Source: Chloroflexota bacterium
GTDB lineage: Bacteria; Chloroflexota; Chloroflexia; QHBQ01
NCBI GenBank assembly: GCA_025355955.1
Contig: JANXYP010000200.1
Location: 16,125 to 80,124, forward strand
Direction of reading: 5' to 3'
Length of the DNA stretch: 64,000 bases
The notes beneath the pieces were generated by a model. The model had not been told where the DNA came from and made no database searches. It saw nothing but the letters and a program-made list of their open reading frames with translations. How positions within the stretch are numbered: position 1 is the first letter of the stretch; each line of letters opens with the position of its first letter. Of this stretch, positions 1 to 9,117 are shown piece after piece. Made by a program: the position numbers and the translations under genes.

Positions 1-75
1 CAGCCCCAGCCGCAGGCGGTCAATAATCGCAAAGTTAGTGATGTTCAGTTCAGCTAGCAACTTGGGCTTCTCCAT
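1..75 (-). CDS. recN: DNA repair protein RecN, 5' fragment (runs off the window)
   Basis: Minus-strand translation MEKPKLLAELNITNFAIIDRLRLGL matches the RecN N-terminus pattern (L..L.I.NFAII..L.L). TTG at 60 is an alternative start. Only 25 codons are visible. Confidence 0.75.
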   Translation of the reverse strand, partial: MEKPKLLAELNITNFAIIDRLRLGL

Positions 76-132
76 CAGTCTCTAGTTCATGCAGGCATAG
101 TCGGCATACGCGGCTTATTTTCCGCGCACCTT

Positions 133-161
133 ACTATACCATAATCAGGCTGATTCTGCAA
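133..161 (-). promoter_or_regulatory. sigma70-type promoter for recN
   Basis: TTGCAG-17 bp-TATAGT with extended TGn on the minus strand. Confidence 0.55.
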
Positions 162-249
162 TTTGTGGGTGTGCGTGGAAGAGCCATGACACGGGTTAGA
201 AGTGGGTGAGAATTGGCGGCTGGGTGCGCGCCGCGTTTTTTTTTTTTCA

Positions 250-395
250 TACCCAACCAGGGCGAACAACGGTTCGGCCCTACGCTTACCCAACCAGGGC
301 GAACAACGGTTCGGCCCTACGCTTACCCAACCAGGGCGAACAACGGTTCGGCCCCTACGCTTACCCAACCAGGGCGAACAACGGTTCGCCCCTAC
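250..395. repeat. Tandem array of ~4 x 37-38 bp REP units inside a MITE-A-like shell
   Basis: TACCCAACCAGGGCGAACAACGGTTCG(G)CCC(C)TACGCT repeated head to tail with no spacers. Confidence 0.95.
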
Positions 396-446
396 CGACC
401 GCTTGCTCCGCAAGAACGTGATGCATACCATCGGGCGCTCAACTGG

Positions 447-475
447 ATGACATCGCCAAACAGGTATGCTATACT
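447..475 (+). promoter_or_regulatory. sigma70-type promoter upstream of the DUF885 gene
   Basis: ATGACA-17 bp-TATACT with extended TGn. Confidence 0.55.
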
Positions 476-708
476 AGGCATGAACAGGCTTCTTTCGGTG
501 AGGTTGGTTAATAAGCAGATTATGCCAGTTAATTACGAGTGGCTAAAAAGGTAGATGCAGAGGCATTGGTGTCCCAGGTTGTTCGCCATGTTCCCCTACC
601 GTTCGCCTCTCTTGCTTTAACCACTCCCCTTCACTTTTAACTTGAGCGTGCCTTTCATTAGCGCCCCTGTTGGTGCGTTCAGCCACTTGAACTTAGGAGG
701 TCTAATCT

Positions 709-2370
709 GTGACCGAAGACTACCCCCGCACCCCGCTGGGACAACTCGCTGCCCGTTACTTCCAGCGGTCGTTCGAGCAATACCCGCTGTTCGCCACCAG
801 CCTCGGTATCCACGATTATGACGATCAGCTGGGCGACTACACGGCAACCGCGCTTTATGCCTACGCCGCGCAGGTGAAGGTGATGCAGGCGGAGCTGGCA
901 CAGATTGACCCCGCCGTGCTATCGACCACCGAGCGAAGCGATTATCAACTGCTGGCCGCCAATATGGAAGATGCGCGGCTGGACATCGAGCAGATCAAGG
1001 ATTGGCAGCGTGCGCCACAGATGTATGCCGATATTGCGGTCTATGCCATCTTCCTGTTGGTAAGCCGAGATTTCGCACCGCTGGCGCTGCGACTACGCAG
1101 CGTGCTATCGCGGCTGCAGCAGGTGCCGGAGCTACTCGCCCTGGGCAAGCAACAAGTGCAGAACCCGCCCGCCATCTTCACCGAAATTGCGATTGAGGGG
1201 GGAAGCGGCGCGGTTGGCTTCTTTCTTATGGTGCCAACATTGGCGGACCAACTTGGTGCGGCGAACGACGAGCTAAAGACCGACCTAGTCGCTGCCGCAG
1301 AGCAGGCAGCGGCAGCCATGGAAGATTATGTCGCCTGGCTGAAGCACGACCTCAGCCCCCGCTCTAATGGCGACTTCGCCCTGCGTGAGCTTTATCCGCG
1401 CAAGCTCCAGCTGCAGCACATGATTGACCAGACTCCCGAACAGATTGCCGCCTGGGGCCACGAATTGTTCACCAACACCCTGGCAGAGATGCGCGATCTG
1501 GCGGCGGAGATTGACCCGCACAAAACCTGGCACCAGATAATCGCTGAAACCCGCAGCGACCACCCTACCGCTGACGGCCTGTTGCTAGCATATCGCGGCG
1601 AAACTGACCGGCTAGTAACCTTCCTCCAGCGCCAGAATCTTGTCACCATCCCGCCTGGCGAGCTTGAGATCGTGGAGACCCCCGCCTTTCAGCGCGCCAC
1701 CTACCCCTACGCCGGTTACGCCCAGCCGGGCGCGTTCGATGCGATGCAAACCGGTCAGTTCTGGGTTACGCCAGTGGATCTGCACGGCAGCGCGGAGCAG
1801 CAGGAGCAGCAGCTAGAAGAACACGCATGGGTCTGGATCCCTGTGATTGCCTTGCATGAGGGCTACCCCGGCCACCACCTGCAACTGTTGCGCGCCAACC
1901 AAACTAGCACCTATATCCGCAAGCACCTCGGCTTTAGTAGCCTAATGGTCGAGGGCTGGGCGCTCTACTGTGAACAGATGATGGGTGAAGTTGGCTACTA
2001 CACTGACCGACGGGTGAAATTGAGCCAACTGCGCGGCCAACTGTGGCGGGCGGCGCGGGTGATGATTGATGTGGGCCTGCAGATGGGAACGATGAGCGTA
2101 GACGAGGCCATCACCCTGCTCTCCGACCAGGTGAGGTTCTCCCCCGCCTCGGCACGTGGCGAGGTGCGCCGCTATACCATGACCCCCGGCCAGCCGATGA
2201 GCTATTTGCTAGGCAAGGATGCTATCCTTCGCCTGCGCGACGAGGCGCAGAAGCGTTGGGGCCACGCCTTTAGCCTGCAACGCTTCCACGACCGGCTGCT
2301 CGACAGCGGCAGTATTCCGATGATGTTGGTGCGTGAGGAGTTTTGGGCAAATGACGGCAACATTATATAA
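709..2370 (+). CDS. DUF885 family protein (putative metallopeptidase)
   Basis: HEGYPGHHLQ, EGWALYCE, LWRAARVMID and PGQPMSY motifs; AGGAGG RBS before GTG. Confidence 0.9.
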   Translation: MTEDYPRTPLGQLAARYFQRSFEQYPLFATSLGIHDYDDQLGDYTATALYAYAAQVKVMQAELAQIDPAVLSTTERSDYQLLAANMEDARLDIEQIKDWQRAPQMYADIAVYAIFLLVSRDFAPLALRLRSVLSRLQQVPELLALGKQQVQNPPAIFTEIAIEGGSGAVGFFLMVPTLADQLGAANDELKTDLVAAAEQAAAAMEDYVAWLKHDLSPRSNGDFALRELYPRKLQLQHMIDQTPEQIAAWGHELFTNTLAEMRDLAAEIDPHKTWHQIIAETRSDHPTADGLLLAYRGETDRLVTFLQRQNLVTIPPGELEIVETPAFQRATYPYAGYAQPGAFDAMQTGQFWVTPVDLHGSAEQQEQQLEEHAWVWIPVIALHEGYPGHHLQLLRANQTSTYIRKHLGFSSLMVEGWALYCEQMMGEVGYYTDRRVKLSQLRGQLWRAARVMIDVGLQMGTMSVDEAITLLSDQVRFSPASARGEVRRYTMTPGQPMSYLLGKDAILRLRDEAQKRWGHAFSLQRFHDRLLDSGSIPMMLVREEFWANDGNII

Positions 2371-2382
2371 TTAGGAGTTACA

Positions 2383-2540
2383 CCAATTAGCCGAGCAGAT
2401 AGTATAAATTGGGCCAGGGCGAACAACGGTTCGCCCCTACAGAAATTATAGCGGCACCACGGCTAATTGGTATTACACCAATGGATTGAGCAAGGGCGAA
2501 CAACGGTTCGCCCCTACAAATTATAGCATCGCCTCGGCTA
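2383..2540. mobile_element. MITE-B (88 bp, TIR CCAATTAGCCG, internal GTAG REP) plus an adjacent partial copy
   Basis: Near-identical 88-bp copies at 8126-8213 and 58465-58552. Confidence 0.8.
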
Positions 2541-3686
2541 AAACTTTAATTTCGCCTGGTGGGCCAGTTCGCGGAGCAACGTGACAATCGTCTCTGCGGC
2601 ATGGGGCTGGGCCAGGGCTTGAGCAGCCTGGCCCATGGTGATGAGACGGGCGGGGTCGGCCAGCAATTCGCCTACCTTTGCGCTCAGGCGATCGGCGTTC
2701 AACGCTGCTTCAGGGATGATGACCGCACCGCCCGCTGCTTTCATCAATTCGGCGTTACGCAACTGTTCGCCTTCGGCGCTGCTTGCCAGCGGCACCAGGA
2801 TCGCGGGTTTGCCCAGGGCGGCCAGTTCGTTGAGCGTTCCCGCCCCGCTGCGACCAATCACCAGGCGGGCTGCGGCATAGATGTCGGCAATCTCGCCGCG
2901 CACAAAGGGCAGCACTGCGTATCGTGCCTGCAAGTTGGGGGGCAACGCCGCCCGTCGCGCCTGCAAATCGCGCAAGTCCGCCCTGCTGCCGTCCGGCCCG
3001 TTGCCACACTGATGTACGATCGTCGCCTGCGCTAGCAACTGCGGCAGCGCAGCGCTCACTGCCTGGTTCAGAATATGCGAACCTTGCGCCCCGCCGGTGA
3101 TGTATACCAGCGCCACACTTTCATCCAACCCGAAGCGGCGGTAACCCTGCTCTGCCGCGCCACCGAACACCACCTGACGCACCGGATTGCCGCTCAATAC
3201 AACCCGCCGCGCCTTTGCGAAATATGGGCGCGAACTCTCGTAGCTGATCGCCACCACGTTGGCGAAGCGGGCAGCGATGCGGTTCGCCAACCCTACCAGC
3301 GCGGTCTGCTCATGCACCAACGATGGCACGTGGCGCAGCCAGCCTGCCAGCACCGTCGGCACGCTGACGAATCCGCCGGTGCTGAAGATCACGTCGGGTT
3401 TGAAGCGGCCCACCTGCCTTGTTGCCATCACCACCCCCACCGGGATGCGGGCCAGGTCTGGTGGGGTCTTCCACGACAGGTAGCGACGCAACTTGCCCAC
3501 TGGCACGCTAACATAGGGGATGCCCATCGCGCTGATCATTTCGCGCTCCGCGCCCGCCTTCGAGCCGATATACAGCAGCGTCAGCGGCCAACCTTGCGCC
3601 CCGCTCTGCGCCCGCAACTCCTCGATCACTGCCACCGCCGGGCTGACGTGGCCGCCCGTCCCGCCACCTGTAACAATAACCCGCAT
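2538..3686 (-). CDS. murG: MurG N-acetylglucosaminyltransferase (GT28)
   Basis: GGGTGGH, GGFVS, HEQ, GNPVR, GGAQG and RSGAGT..E motifs. Confidence 0.92.
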   Translation of the reverse strand: MRVIVTGGGTGGHVSPAVAVIEELRAQSGAQGWPLTLLYIGSKAGAEREMISAMGIPYVSVPVGKLRRYLSWKTPPDLARIPVGVVMATRQVGRFKPDVIFSTGGFVSVPTVLAGWLRHVPSLVHEQTALVGLANRIAARFANVVAISYESSRPYFAKARRVVLSGNPVRQVVFGGAAEQGYRRFGLDESVALVYITGGAQGSHILNQAVSAALPQLLAQATIVHQCGNGPDGSRADLRDLQARRAALPPNLQARYAVLPFVRGEIADIYAAARLVIGRSGAGTLNELAALGKPAILVPLASSAEGEQLRNAELMKAAGGAVIIPEAALNADRLSAKVGELLADPARLITMGQAAQALAQPHAAETIVTLLRELAHQAKLKF

Positions 3687-3744
3687 AGATAATCCTTTGT
3701 TTCAGCCGCCAACTTGCAGCAGGTAGAGAGTTTTTTACGAGAAT

Positions 3745-3823
3745 GCGTCACGTTCTTGAGTTCATGACCAGGGCAAACCGTTGTTCGCCCCTACTGAACG
3801 CTTACTCCGCAAGAACGTGACGC
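3745..3823. mobile_element. MITE-A (14-bp TIR GCGTCACGTTCTTG) enclosing a GTAG REP
   Basis: Perfect inverted repeat 3745-3758/3810-3823; related copies at ~222-428 and ~14519-14606. Confidence 0.7.
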
Positions 3824-3842
3824 GCACTCGGTTTTTACAAAT

Positions 3843-3871
3843 CAAAACTCAAAACTCAAAACTCAAAACTC
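3843..3871. repeat. Heptamer tandem repeat (CAAAACT)x4
   Basis: Directly visible next to the stop codon of the DUF3465-like gene. Confidence 0.9.
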
Positions 3872-3872
3872 A

Positions 3873-4571
3873 TCACTGGTACCGCTGCCGCGTCTTGAGC
3901 ATCTCGATGTAGCCGCCCGCCAGCTTGCCGAGCGGGTCGTGGTGGGTCCAGTGCATCTCGCCACCTTGCTCGTTCCAGATGTAGCGGCCACGTACCTCCA
4001 CCTCGTCGCCCACCCGCAGCGACACCCGTGGTGCATCGTCAATGTTGTGGACCACCAGGATTGATTGGCCGTCGGGCAGGGCGATGACGAAGCGTTGGTG
4101 GCGGTTGCCAATTGTATCGGTAGACAGCCGCTTGGTGACGCGGCCCTGAACCGTCAGCATCACGTTATTGTACTTATGTTCAAAGGCGCTCTCCGCGGTA
4201 AGCGCAAAGTTTGCCATATCTGCCACCTTGAACGGCATAGTGCGCTGGCGTATCTCCAGTTCTTCCTTGAGCGGTGAAGGAGGTGGGGAGTCAACGGGCA
4301 GCGTACCTGGCGCGAGGTGCTTGGCTGAAGCGGCTTCGAGCGCTGGCCCGAACACTTCATCGGCGTGCTGGCGCTGTTGCTGGCGGCGTTCGCGGCGGTT
4401 CAGCCCTGGCTTAGGCACGCTGTGCTGCTGATGCGCGGTTAGCGATGCTTGCGCCTTTGCCGCCCGACCTTTGTTCGGCGCTGATGGAGACCGCTGCCGA
4501 TGCGCCCGTCGTCGCAAAATGGCGGCGATTAGCTGAAGCAGCCTGGCGAACACCCTGATCATGCTGCCCAT
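3873..4571 (-). CDS. DUF3465-like (OB-fold) protein with a basic N-terminal extension
   Basis: G.RHQRF, VHNID.APR and GGEMHWTHHDP..GGY motifs; GGAGGG RBS before ATG 4571. Confidence 0.8.
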   Translation of the reverse strand: MGSMIRVFARLLQLIAAILRRRAHRQRSPSAPNKGRAAKAQASLTAHQQHSVPKPGLNRRERRQQQRQHADEVFGPALEAASAKHLAPGTLPVDSPPPSPLKEELEIRQRTMPFKVADMANFALTAESAFEHKYNNVMLTVQGRVTKRLSTDTIGNRHQRFVIALPDGQSILVVHNIDDAPRVSLRVGDEVEVRGRYIWNEQGGEMHWTHHDPLGKLAGGYIEMLKTRQRYQ

Positions 4572-4672
4572 TAACCCTCCGAGTAGATGCCCTCCCCCAT
4601 TTCGGGGCAGGGTTGGGGTGGGGTAGTGTATAAAATGGCGCACGAATGCCGTGCGCGGAAACCAGACCACTG

Positions 4673-5371
4673 ATGAGCGATGCACACCTCGACCCAACTC
4701 TTTTGATCGAGATATACTCCCGGCTAGTCGCCAGCTATGGCCTGCAAGAATGGTGGCCGAGCCAGACTGGTACACCGTTCGAGGTTATCGTCGGCGCGAT
4801 CCTGACCCAGGGTACTAGTTGGCGCAGTGTGGAGCGCAGCATCACCAACATCATCGCCGCCGATGCCATGTCGCCCACCGCCATCCAGCAAATGCCTCGT
4901 GCAGATCTGATTGATCTAATTCGCCCGTCAGGGTATTATAACGCGAAAGCGGCCAAGCTACAAGCCTTCACCACCTTTTTGTTCGCGCAGCACGGCGGCG
5001 ATCTTGCCAGCCTGTTTGCCCTGCCCGTGACGGAGATGCGCCACCAACTGCTGGGCGTGTGGGGCATTGGCCCCGAAACCGCCGACGACATCATCCTCTA
5101 CGCCGCCTGCCAGCCCATCTTCGTGGTCGACTCCTACACCCAACGCATCCTCACCCGCCTGGGTATCGTCGCCCCCGCCATCACCCACCACGCGCTGCAA
5201 GAACGCTTCGCCAGCCTGCCAGCCGATGTGCCGCTGTTCAGCGAATACCACGCTCTGCTCGACGAACACGGCTCGCGCACCTGCCGCCCTACCCCTCGCT
5301 GCGCCGCCTGCCCCTTGCTCGATCTGCCCTGCCAGTATGGGCAGCAGCGGATGCTGAGTGCTGAGTGCTGA
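4673..5371 (+). CDS. Endonuclease III-related HhH-GPD glycosylase with a C-terminal Fe-S motif
   Basis: WWP..PFEVIVGAILTQ, LLGVWGIGPETAD, VVDSY and CRPTPRCAACPL..C; the 3' end is made of (TGCTGAG)n. Confidence 0.88.
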   Translation: MSDAHLDPTLLIEIYSRLVASYGLQEWWPSQTGTPFEVIVGAILTQGTSWRSVERSITNIIAADAMSPTAIQQMPRADLIDLIRPSGYYNAKAAKLQAFTTFLFAQHGGDLASLFALPVTEMRHQLLGVWGIGPETADDIILYAACQPIFVVDSYTQRILTRLGIVAPAITHHALQERFASLPADVPLFSEYHALLDEHGSRTCRPTPRCAACPLLDLPCQYGQQRMLSAEC

Positions 5372-5382
5372 GTGCTGAGTGC

Positions 5383-5521
5383 CTCGTAAACAAAGTTTTG
5401 ACGAGGGGTGTAGTTTCCCCTCCCGCCGGGAGGGGTTGGGGTGGGTGCGTGCAGCGCGATGTAGACCCACCCCCTGCCCCTCCCAGCGGGAGGGGAGAAC
5501 CTCAAAACTTAGTTTACAAAG
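5383..5521. repeat. Family C palindromic repeat (CCCCTCCC..GGGAGGGG) with a TIR-like shell
   Basis: Related element at 46776-46990; partial relatives near 4590, 5675, 24770, 32213 and 39092. Confidence 0.75.
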
Positions 5522-5712
5522 CACTGAGTACGACACAAACTTAATTCAATGAGAACCTACGTAGGGGCGCAGATTTATCGCGCCTCGGTGAAGCGCATTA
5601 CTGCACCCCAAACTTGCACCCCACCCAGGTCAGCGGTTATAATTGTATATCTGATATTGTGCCTGTATAAAAATCCCCTTCCCCATATAGGGGGAGGCTA
5701 GGTGGGGGTATT

Positions 5713-7500
5713 TTGCCAAAGCCTAATCGCAACGAACGCTACGAACGCCTGGCCGCCGAGCAGGGCGGGGTGATCAAGGACTGGGGGGGCAAGATCAGCG
5801 TCGCGCTGGTGTTCCCCAATACCTACTATGTCGCCATGTCCAGCCTGGGCTACCAGGCGGTGTACAGCCTGATGAACGCAGAGCCGGATGTGGTCTGCGA
5901 GCGCGTCTTCCTGCCCGACATTGCCGAGCAGCAGCCCGACGCGCCATTTCCCAAGCCGGTCTCGCTGGAGTCAGGCCGCCCGCTCACCGATTTCGATGTG
6001 GTCGCGGTCAGCGTCAGCTTCGAGCTTGATTACTTCAACATCGTGCGGATGCTCAACGCCGCTAGCATCCCCCTGTTTAGCGACGAGCGTGACGACCGCC
6101 ATCCCTTCCTGATGGTGGGTGGCGCGTGCGCGATTGACAACGCCGAACCGATTGCCCCCTTCTTCGATCTGGTGGTGGTCGGTGAGGCCGAGGCGCTGTG
6201 GCCTGCGATGATTGATACGATGCGGCAGGCCATTCGTGGTGATCGCGAGGCGCTGCGCCAGGCTATGGCTCTCTATCCCGGCCTCTATATACCCGCCTTC
6301 TACGATACCTGGTTTGAGGCCAATGGCCGCTACGGTGGTATCCGCGCCAACTCGCGCCACCCCCGTCCCGACATAGCGTTGCCGATCTCGCGGCAGGGCG
6401 CACGCAACCTCAACGAGTTTGCCACCGTGAGCAAGGTGTTGACCCGCAACACCGAGTTTGGCGATGCCTATCTGATGGAAGTGGCACGCGGCTGTGCCAG
6501 GGGCTGCCGCTTCTGCCTGGCCGGTTTCGCCTTCCTGCCCCAGCGCGACCGTCACGTGCCGTTTCTGCTGGAGCAGGCCAAAGAGGGGCTGAAGTACCGC
6601 GACAAGGTGGGGCTAGTCGGCGCGTCGGTGTCGGATTACCGCTACATCGACGAACTGGTGGTTGGCCTTCGTAAGCTGGGCGCACGCATCAGTATCTCCT
6701 CGATGCGGGCCGATAGCATGACCCCCACGCTAGTGCAAGCGCTGATCGATAGTGGCGCACGCACGCTCACCTTCGCGCCGGAGGCGGCCAGCGAACGCTT
6801 GCGCCGCGTGATCAACAAGCGCCTCAGCTACGATGAGGTGATGGGCGCAACCGACCTGCTGGGCAAGGCGGGCGCACGCAGTATCAAGATGTACTATATG
6901 ATCGGGCTGCCCACGGAGGAACAGTCCGATGTGGAGCAAATCGTCAGCCTCAGCATGGCGGTGAAGAAGCGCATGGACGGACATCATCCGGGCGGCGAGA
7001 TTCAGGTCAGCGTCACTCCATTCGTGCCAAAGAGCCATACCCCCTTCCAGTGGGGCGGGATGTTCCCGCTCGATGTGCTGGAGAACGATGTAAACTATTT
7101 GAAGAAGGAACTGCGCCGCCAGGGTGTCACCTTCAAGATCGAGTCGCCCAAGTGGGTGCGGGTGCAAGGCACTCTGGCGCGGGGCGATCGCAGATTGGCG
7201 AAGGTGCTAGCCTACATGACCGAGGCGGGCAACGTCAGCATGGTAAACTGGCAGCGGGCGCTGGAGCATCACGGCCTCGATCAAGCCTGGTACCTCGATG
7301 CCTACGACGAGGGCGCACCGCTGCCCTGGGGTCATATCGAATCGGGGGTCAGCTTCAGCGCGATGCTGAGGCAATGGAACAAGGCCCACGTCGAAGCCGA
7401 AGACTACACCACCGCCATCCAGTACAAGCCCCGTGCCGAGATTCGCCTTGAACACGCGGTGCGCGAACACGCGAGGTTGGTGGAAGCATCGGCAAGCTGA
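5713..7500 (+). CDS. Radical SAM protein with a B12-binding-like N-terminal domain
   Basis: RGCARGCRFC (CxxxCxxC), FPNTY..MSSLG, TFAPEA and FVPKSHTPFQW. Confidence 0.88.
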   Translation: MPKPNRNERYERLAAEQGGVIKDWGGKISVALVFPNTYYVAMSSLGYQAVYSLMNAEPDVVCERVFLPDIAEQQPDAPFPKPVSLESGRPLTDFDVVAVSVSFELDYFNIVRMLNAASIPLFSDERDDRHPFLMVGGACAIDNAEPIAPFFDLVVVGEAEALWPAMIDTMRQAIRGDREALRQAMALYPGLYIPAFYDTWFEANGRYGGIRANSRHPRPDIALPISRQGARNLNEFATVSKVLTRNTEFGDAYLMEVARGCARGCRFCLAGFAFLPQRDRHVPFLLEQAKEGLKYRDKVGLVGASVSDYRYIDELVVGLRKLGARISISSMRADSMTPTLVQALIDSGARTLTFAPEAASERLRRVINKRLSYDEVMGATDLLGKAGARSIKMYYMIGLPTEEQSDVEQIVSLSMAVKKRMDGHHPGGEIQVSVTPFVPKSHTPFQWGGMFPLDVLENDVNYLKKELRRQGVTFKIESPKWVRVQGTLARGDRRLAKVLAYMTEAGNVSMVNWQRALEHHGLDQAWYLDAYDEGAPLPWGHIESGVSFSAMLRQWNKAHVEAEDYTTAIQYKPRAEIRLEHAVREHARLVEASAS

Positions 7501-7515
7501 TATAATGGAGCTAAG

Positions 7516-7830
7516 ATGACCCTTGACCAGAAGCTAGCGCGAATCAGGCAGCAGGCTGCCTCCGGTAATATTGTTCCCACTTTCCACATTCAAGACAGAA
7601 TGAAGAAGCGTGGCATCACTAATAGTGACATTGCTGAGGCTATTGCTAGTGGCGAGATTCTGGAAGACTACCCAAGTGATCCACGAGGAGCATCCTGCCT
7701 GATTAACGGCGTTACGCAAGTGGGTCGTCCGCTACACGTGGTATGCACTACCGATCTTGCTGACCTAACAATTATCTCTGCTTACGAACCATTGCCGCCA
7801 AAGTGGATTACACCTAGAACAAGGAGATAG
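7516..7830 (+). CDS. DUF4258 family putative toxin
   Basis: GEILEDYP.DPRG.SCLI.G...RPLHVV..I.SAYEP...W; AT-richer than the flanks. Confidence 0.85.
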   Translation: MTLDQKLARIRQQAASGNIVPTFHIQDRMKKRGITNSDIAEAIASGEILEDYPSDPRGASCLINGVTQVGRPLHVVCTTDLADLTIISAYEPLPPKWITPRTRR

Positions 7831-7832
7831 TT

Positions 7833-8117
7833 ATGAAGTGCAACATTCCGGGTTGCCCAGGTGAATACGAAGACGATCTGATTGTCGATGCTGTCGAGCA
7901 TGAAGGACGAATCATCGTCTTCAAGGATGTCCCAGCCAAAGTATGCGACACCTGCGGGTATGTACTGATCAGCTGGGAGGTGGAAGGGCAATTGGTTCAC
8001 TTGCTAGAGTCGAACCCCATGCCAGTCGCTACGGCTCCTGTTTATCAGTTCGTGCCGCAGCAACTCTATGAGCTTGTAGGCGCTGGCCGCACAGGCAACG
8101 GTCGAACTGCGAAGTAA
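7833..8117 (+). CDS. YgiT-type zinc-finger (MqsA-like) putative antitoxin
   Basis: MKC...C and DVPAKVCDTCG; 2 bp downstream of the toxin gene, AGGAG RBS. Confidence 0.85.
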   Translation: MKCNIPGCPGEYEDDLIVDAVEHEGRIIVFKDVPAKVCDTCGYVLISWEVEGQLVHLLESNPMPVATAPVYQFVPQQLYELVGAGRTGNGRTAK

Positions 8118-8125
8118 TACTAATA

Positions 8126-8213
8126 CCAATTAGCCGTGGTGCCGCTATAATTTCTGTAGGGGCGAACCGTTGTTCGCCCTGGCCCAATTTATACTATCTG
8201 CTCGGCTAATTGG
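8126..8213. mobile_element. MITE-B copy, reverse orientation, flanked by TA
   Basis: TA-CCAATTAGCCG...CGGCTAATTGG-TA. Confidence 0.85.
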
Positions 8214-8250
8214 TATAAGAACAGAGTTTAGGTTGATGCTCAGGCCATCT

Positions 8251-9114
8251 ATGCCTCTACCACCGATCCTCTCCCACTATCAGGCTAGCCCCATCCTTGA
8301 AGCGCGACGCAAGGGGCAATCAACCGTGACCACCTCGCTGGATCTGGGCCGCAGTAGCGTGGAAGTGTCACTCACTGCCAGCGGCCTGCTGCTCCCTGAT
8401 GGGCAGGAACTCGGCTGGGCGGCGCTGGAGAAGGTAAATGGCGACGAGAACAAGTGCTTCACCGTCGAGGGCGGCGCAATCCAGCCGATCATCGTTCACT
8501 CGCCAACCACCAACTGGGTACGCACCCTATACCCCACCGCTGCTGCGCCAACTACCCTGGTCGCAGGCTTCCTCATGCACCGCATCAAGGATATTGACCC
8601 GTTGCAAGATACCCGCCGCAAAATCGCCACGATTGCGCCGATTACTGGCGCAGTGTTGGACACCGCTACCGGCCTCGGCTACACTGCGATCGAGGCGGCC
8701 CGCACCGCTACCCATGTTACCACCATCGAGCTAGATGCGGGCGCATTGGAGATTGCCCTGCTCAATCCCTGGTCGCAGCCGTTGTTCGACAATCCAAAGA
8801 TTACGCAAATAATTGGCGATGCCACTGAGGAGATCGCGAAGTTCGCCGACGGCCGGTTCAATCGCATCCTGCATGACCCGCCCACCTTCAGTCTGGGCGG
8901 CGAGCTATACTCCGCTGCCTTCTACGCCCAGCTATATCGGGTGCTGGGGCAGGGCGGACGGCTCTTCCACTACATCGGCGACCTCAGCAGCAGCTACGGC
9001 AGCCGCACGGTCAAGGGCGTGGTCCGCCGCTTGTTGGATGCAGGTTTCAGTCGGGTGGTGAAGAAGGATGAGGCGTTTGGGTTGGTGGCTACGAAGTTAA
9101 AAGTTGAAGGTTGA
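8251..9114 (+). CDS. Class I SAM-dependent methyltransferase (archaeal-type predicted methyltransferase family)
   Basis: VLDTATGLGYTAI, NPWS, ILHDPP.FS..GELYS..FY and GGRLFHY; the track's N-terminal extension is MITE-derived. Confidence 0.85.
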   Translation: MPLPPILSHYQASPILEARRKGQSTVTTSLDLGRSSVEVSLTASGLLLPDGQELGWAALEKVNGDENKCFTVEGGAIQPIIVHSPTTNWVRTLYPTAAAPTTLVAGFLMHRIKDIDPLQDTRRKIATIAPITGAVLDTATGLGYTAIEAARTATHVTTIELDAGALEIALLNPWSQPLFDNPKITQIIGDATEEIAKFADGRFNRILHDPPTFSLGGELYSAAFYAQLYRVLGQGGRLFHYIGDLSSSYGSRTVKGVVRRLLDAGFSRVVKKDEAFGLVATKLKVEG

Positions 9115-9117
9115 AGG

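Noticed and set aside
250..395. CRISPR array
   Set aside because: Units are contiguous with no unique spacers, the motif is a dispersed REP, and there are no cas genes in the window.
87..554. Short ORFs over the repeat array (also those at 2202, 43086, 46748-47087, 58272-58533 and 60604-60955)
   Set aside because: They are mostly translations of repeat DNA, giving recurring peptides such as GEQRFAP and RANNGSP, with no RBS or family motifs.
480..554. Leaderless 24-aa ORF at the start of the DUF885 leader
   Set aside because: Its position near +1 is suggestive, but there is no motif or other support.
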